A stretch of DNA of 8,726 nucleotides from Propionibacterium ruminifibrarum (lineage in GTDB: Bacteria > Actinomycetota > Actinomycetes > Propionibacteriales > Propionibacteriaceae). This document shows, piece by piece, positions 5,751 to 8,726 of the stretch; the first letter of the stretch is position 1; the number at the start of each line of letters is the position of its first letter. The notes beneath the pieces were generated by a model. It worked only from the letters and a program-made list of their open reading frames with translations, had not been told where the DNA came from and made no database searches. Location of the stretch: contig NZ_OMOH01000018.1 of assembly GCF_900289195.1 (NCBI RefSeq), positions 1-8,726 on the forward strand, given 5' to 3'. The position numbers were made by a program, and so were the translations under genes.

Positions 5751-7058
5751 GGGCGGTCACCACGTGATCCTCGAGTTCATCTGTCACAACCGTCTCGAGA
5801 AGGACCATCACGATGACCGCTCCTCATATTGTCGACCCTGCTGCCGTTCTTGGCGAACTACTCACCGAGGCATCACCGGACATGATGCGCAGCCTGCTAC
5901 AGACCATGCTCAACGCCCTGCTGCCCCGCGGACACGGACACCGTGGCGGGGGCCGAGTACGCCCGGCCACCCCTGGCCGACTGGCCCAGCGCAACAGCTA
6001 CCGCCACCGCCCCCTCGACACCAGGGTCGGCACGCTCGATACCGCGGTCCCGAAGCTGCGCACCGGCTCTTACTTCCCTGAGTGGCTGCTGGAACGCCGC
6101 AAGCGGGCCGAGTCCGCGCTGATCACCGTCGTCACCGACTGCTACCTCGCCGGGGTCTCCACGCGCCGCATGGACAAACTCGTCAAAACCTCGGGCATCG
6201 ACCACCTGTCGAAATCACAGGTCAGCCGCATGGCCACCGACCTCGACGAACACGTCGAACAGTTCCGCCACCACCCCCTGGACGAGGCCAGCCCGTTCAC
6301 CTTCATCTCCGCCGACACCCTGACCATGAAGGTCCGCGAGGGCGGGCGCGTGACCAATGCTGTCGTGATGCTCGCGGTCGGGGTCAACAACGACGGACAC
6401 CGCGAAGTTCTCGGCATGCGGGTCGCCACCGCCGAGACCGGCCCGGCCTGGAACGAGTTCTTCGCCGATCTGGCCGCCCGCGGCCTGACCGGAGTCCGCC
6501 TGGTCACCTCCGACGCCCACCCGGGCCTGGTCGAAGCCATCACCGCGAACCTGCCCGGAGCCTGCTGGCAACGCTGCCGCACCCACTACAGCGCGAACCT
6601 GATGGCCATCACTCCCAAGAACCTGTGGCCAGCCGTGAAAGCCATGCTCCACTCGGTCTACGACCAGCCCGACGCCGCTGCCGTTCATGCCCAGTTCGAC
6701 CGGCTCCTGGACTACACCAGCGACAAACTCCCCGACGTCACCGACCACCTCGACCAAGCACGAGCCGACATCCTCGCGTTCACCAGCTTCCCCACACAGG
6801 TCTGGCACCAGATCTGGTCGAACAACCCCACCGAACGCCTCAACCGAGAGATCCGACGCCGCACCGACAGCGTCGGCATCTTCCCCAACCGGACAGCCAT
6901 CATCCGCCTCGTCGGCGCCGTCCTAGCCGAACAAACCGACGAATGGACCGAAGGACGCCGCTACCCCGGCCTCGAGGCCCTCACCAAAAGCCGCCTCAAC
7001 CCCATCACCAACAACCACGAACAACAAGACAACACCATGCCCGCACTCGCCAGCTAAC
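5751..7058 (+). mobile_element. IS256-family (IS1081-like) element; termini not resolved
   Basis: The limits are inferred from where IS5 copy 4 homology stops (~5750) and where the IS481-like reading frame begins (7054-7059). I could not find convincing terminal inverted repeats or an 8-9 bp TSD. Confidence 0.55.
5813..7057 (+). CDS. IS256-family (Mutator-like) transposase, open 414-aa frame with an out-of-frame N-terminal patch
   Basis: There are strong family motifs, close to my recollection of mycobacterial IS1081. They include [130 protein letters not shown] and LAEQTDEW. Candidate D, D and E residues are present. Residues ~38-52 ([15 protein letters not shown]) do not fit the family, whereas the +1 frame there does ([14 protein letters not shown]). 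Confidence 0.85.
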   Translation: MTAPHIVDPAAVLGELLTEASPDMMRSLLQTMLNALLPRGHGHRGGGRVRPATPGRLAQRNSYRHRPLDTRVGTLDTAVPKLRTGSYFPEWLLERRKRAESALITVVTDCYLAGVSTRRMDKLVKTSGIDHLSKSQVSRMATDLDEHVEQFRHHPLDEASPFTFISADTLTMKVREGGRVTNAVVMLAVGVNNDGHREVLGMRVATAETGPAWNEFFADLAARGLTGVRLVTSDAHPGLVEAITANLPGACWQRCRTHYSANLMAITPKNLWPAVKAMLHSVYDQPDAAAVHAQFDRLLDYTSDKLPDVTDHLDQARADILAFTSFPTQVWHQIWSNNPTERLNREIRRRTDSVGIFPNRTAIIRLVGAVLAEQTDEWTEGRRYPGLEALTKSRLNPITNNHEQQDNTMPALAS

Positions 7059-7234
7059 TGTAGTTGGTCATGACGTTGTCGACGTGGGTGTGGAGGCGTG
7101 TGGCCGGGGGCTGGTCGCCGCAGGCGGTGTGGGGTCGATGGTAGTTGTAGTGGTGGGTCCATGTGTTGATGGCGTCACGGCGTTGGGTCTCGGATGTGAA
7201 GGGGCGGGCGTAGAGGAGTTCTTCTGCGAGGATC
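7054..7234 (-). pseudogene. IS481-family transposase, C-terminal segment (gene split by IS3 #2)
   Basis: The minus-strand frame reads (I)[58 protein letters not shown]. This is the typical IS481-family C-terminus (YNHHRPHTALGG.PP). The stop TAG is the complement of 7054-7056. Confidence 0.75.
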
Positions 7235-7292
7235 TGAACCGTCCTGGGTTTGTTGCCGCCCCGTTTTGGGGTTGAGCAGGAAGGATGGGTTC

Positions 7293-7609
7293 ATGGCCTG
7301 GAAGATTGATCCGGTGGTGCGTGAGCGTGCTGTGAGGCTTGTGCCGGGGGCCTCGTGGTGAATATCCATCGACGTCGAGAGCGATCGCTGTGGTCGCCCG
7401 CCAGGAGGGCGTGGGGGCTGAGAGCCTGCGCCGGTGGGTGGTGCAGGCTGAGATCGACGCGGGACAGCGTGAGGGGACCACGAGTGAAGAACTCGCGGAG
7501 ATCCGTCGGTTGAAGGCGGAGAACCGGAGGTTGCGTGAGGGGCGTGGCGATCTTGAAAGCGGCGACGTCTTTCTTCGTGGGGGAGCTCGACCCCCGCAAC
7601 CGGTCCTAG
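7293..7609 (+). pseudogene. IS3-family orfA of element #2
   Basis: ATG 7293 sits behind AAGGA. It reads MAWKIDPVVRERAVRLV, then a frameshift, then GEYPSTSRAIAVVARQEGVGAESLRRWVVQAEIDAGQREGTTSEELAEIRRLKAENRRLRE. After a second frameshift it reads ILKAATSFFVGELDPRNRS* (TAG 7607-7609). Confidence 0.8.
7570..7597 (+). promoter_or_regulatory. Candidate programmed -1 frameshift window of IS3 #2 (T TTC slip site plus hairpin)
   Basis: The orfA frame reads TCT TTC TTC GTG, and orfB is in the -1 frame from here (GTC TTT CTT CGT). GTGGGGG (7577-7583) and CCCCCGC (7591-7597) can form a 7-bp stem with one G-U pair around the loop AGCTCGA. The motif is non-canonical and its spacing to the stem is short. 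Confidence 0.3.
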
Positions 7610-8589
7610 TGGGGTTCATTGACATGATGCGTGGTGAGGGGTGGGCAGACGGGGTCGGTCTGTCGGGTCCTGCGGGAGCAGGGCGTGGCGGTCGCTGCGC
7701 GTACTTACCGGTCCAGGTGAGCAGGGCCGCGTGTCGGCCAGGAGTTTCACTGATGCCTTGGTTCTTGACGCGGTGCGGGAGGCCGCGTGGCGGTCTGTGA
7801 GCGGGGCTGATGAGAGACCGCGTAAGCGGTTGACTCCGGAGGGCATGTACGGGCGTAAGAAGATGACCGCGTTCATCCGTCGTACCGCGGTCCCGGATGC
7901 GTCTCGGGGCTCGGTTGACCGTGCGATGCGTGCTCTGGGGCTGGTAGGAGTCACCCGGGAGAAGACTGTGCGGACCACTGTCCGGGCCAAGGACGGTGCG
8001 CGCGCTGGTGACCTGGTGAACCGTGATTTCACTGCTCCCAGGCCTGATCACACGTGGGTGACGGGGCTTCACGTATGTGCGTTCATGGGCGGGCTGGGTG
8101 TATGTCTCGTTCATCGCTGACGTGTCCTCTGCCAGCGAATCGTGGCCTGGCATGCTCAGACCACCAAGCACGTCGAACTGGTGATGACTCCCCTGCGGAT
8201 GGCGTTGTGGGAACGGGACCGGCAGGGCCACCCTGTCGGACGTGACCAGTTGATCGCTCATTCGGACGCGGGGAGTCAGTACACGCCCGCTGGCATGGAC
8301 CGAGAAACTCGCCTTGGACGGGATCGCTCCGTCGATCGGCACGGTCGCGGACGCCTACGACAACGCGTTGATGGAGACCATCAACGGGCCGTACAAGGCC
8401 GAGTGCATCCGTACCACGGTCTTCCACGAAGGCCCGTACAAGACCATCACTGACGTGGAATACGCCACAGGCAGCTGGGTCGACTGGTACAACAACCGTC
8501 GACTACACGGTAGCCTCGCGATGACCACCCCCGACGAGTACGAAACCAACTACTACGCGACCCTCAACCGAGAGTCGCTCCCCATATAA
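7570..8589 (+). pseudogene. IS3-family orfB (rve integrase-like) of element #2
   Basis: Motifs are scattered over three frames: LVGFIDMMRGEGWA, SVCRVLREQGVAVAARTYRSR*, RVSARSFTDALVLDAVREAAW...LTPEGMYGRKKMTAFIRR...DLVNRDFTAPRPDHTWVT, FTYVRSWAGWVYVSFIADV, SQRIVAWHAQTTKHVELVMTPLRMALWERDRQGHPV...IAHSDAGSQYT and WTEKLALDGIAPSIGTVADAYDNALMETINGPYKAECIR...WVDWYNNRRLHGSL...*. The stop is TAA 8587-8589. I count at least five frame breaks in orfB, and seven in the whole element. Confidence 0.8.
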
Positions 8590-8616
8590 AACCGGCACCA
8601 AACCCTGGACGGTTCA

Positions 8617-8726
8617 ATCCGGTTGTAGCGTTCGATCTTGCCGTTGTGTCTGGGGGTGTAGGGGCGGATGTACTGGTGGGTGGAGACGTGTGAGGCGATG
8701 GACCGGTTGAAGGCGTGGGACGTGTA
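8617..8726 (-). pseudogene. IS481-family transposase, upstream segment (continues beyond the window)
   Basis: The minus-strand frame reads YTSHAFNRSIASHVSTHQYIRPYTPRHNGKIERYNR. It joins 7234 in frame (..ERYNR-I-LAEELLY..) once IS3 #2 and one ATC copy are removed. PRHNGKIERYNR matches the IS481-family P.TNGK.ER.NRT motif. Confidence 0.75.

Larger units (their letters stand above)
7235..8616 (+). mobile_element. IS3-family element #2 (1382 bp), complete ends, coding capacity destroyed
   Basis: The left repeat is TGAACCGTCCTGGGTTTGTTGCCG at 7235. The reverse complement of the right end at 8616 is TGAACCGTCCAGGGTTTGGTGCCG, so 22 of 24 positions match with the TG...CA ends typical of IS3. It is flanked by the direct repeat ATC at 7232-7234 and 8617-8619. 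Confidence 0.9.

Noticed and set aside
5751-5812. Palindromic hexamers (CACGTG, and CTCGAG twice) upstream of the IS256-like ATG, considered as the left terminal repeat or an operator
   Set aside because: No matching inverted sequence exists near the 3' end of the element, and such GC-rich hexamer palindromes are common at this base composition.
6082-7275. A 397-aa plus-strand ORF overlapping the IS256-like gene
   Set aside because: It is an alternate frame of the transposase gene, extremely rich in Arg, Pro and His, with no recognisable domain. The 5813-7057 frame carries all the IS256-family motifs.
7068-8342. A 424-aa minus-strand ORF, the longest in the track
   Set aside because: It runs antisense through IS3 #2 and into the IS481-like fragment. 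The translation is Pro/Arg/Ser/Thr-rich low complexity with no family motifs. It is a stop-poor shadow frame typical of high-GC DNA, and the real IS481-like frame in 7054-7234 is a different minus-strand frame.

Overview
This window is high-GC (hand-estimated ~60-65%) actinobacterial-type DNA, and almost all of it is an insertion-sequence graveyard. I can support about 11 IS bodies or fragments from five lineages. They are two IS481-like transposase relics, two IS3-family elements, a ~0.91-kb IS5-family (HTH_Tnp_4 + DDE_Tnp_4) element present as three full-length copies plus three fragments, and one IS256/IS1081-like element. They are inserted into one another up to three deep, and three insertions still show exact 3-bp target-site duplications: ACA, CAT and ATC. 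Excising those three restores the interrupted reading frames. No transposase gene here matches its family consensus end to end. Each has premature TAG codons, frameshifts, deletions, an IS insertion, or (in the IS256-like gene) an apparently compensated double frameshift. Only ~3230-4083 is not recognisably IS-derived. It belongs to a sharply lower-GC block (~2915-4083) and carries one orphan 129-aa ORF (3412-3801) behind a very AT-rich, palindrome-dense leader. I see no rRNA, tRNA or CRISPR array, and no recognisable defence, toxin-antitoxin or metabolic operon. The long Pro/Arg/Gly-rich ORFs in the track are alternate-frame or antisense shadows of the transposase genes. All similarity statements are by-eye alignments and recalled family motifs, not database searches.
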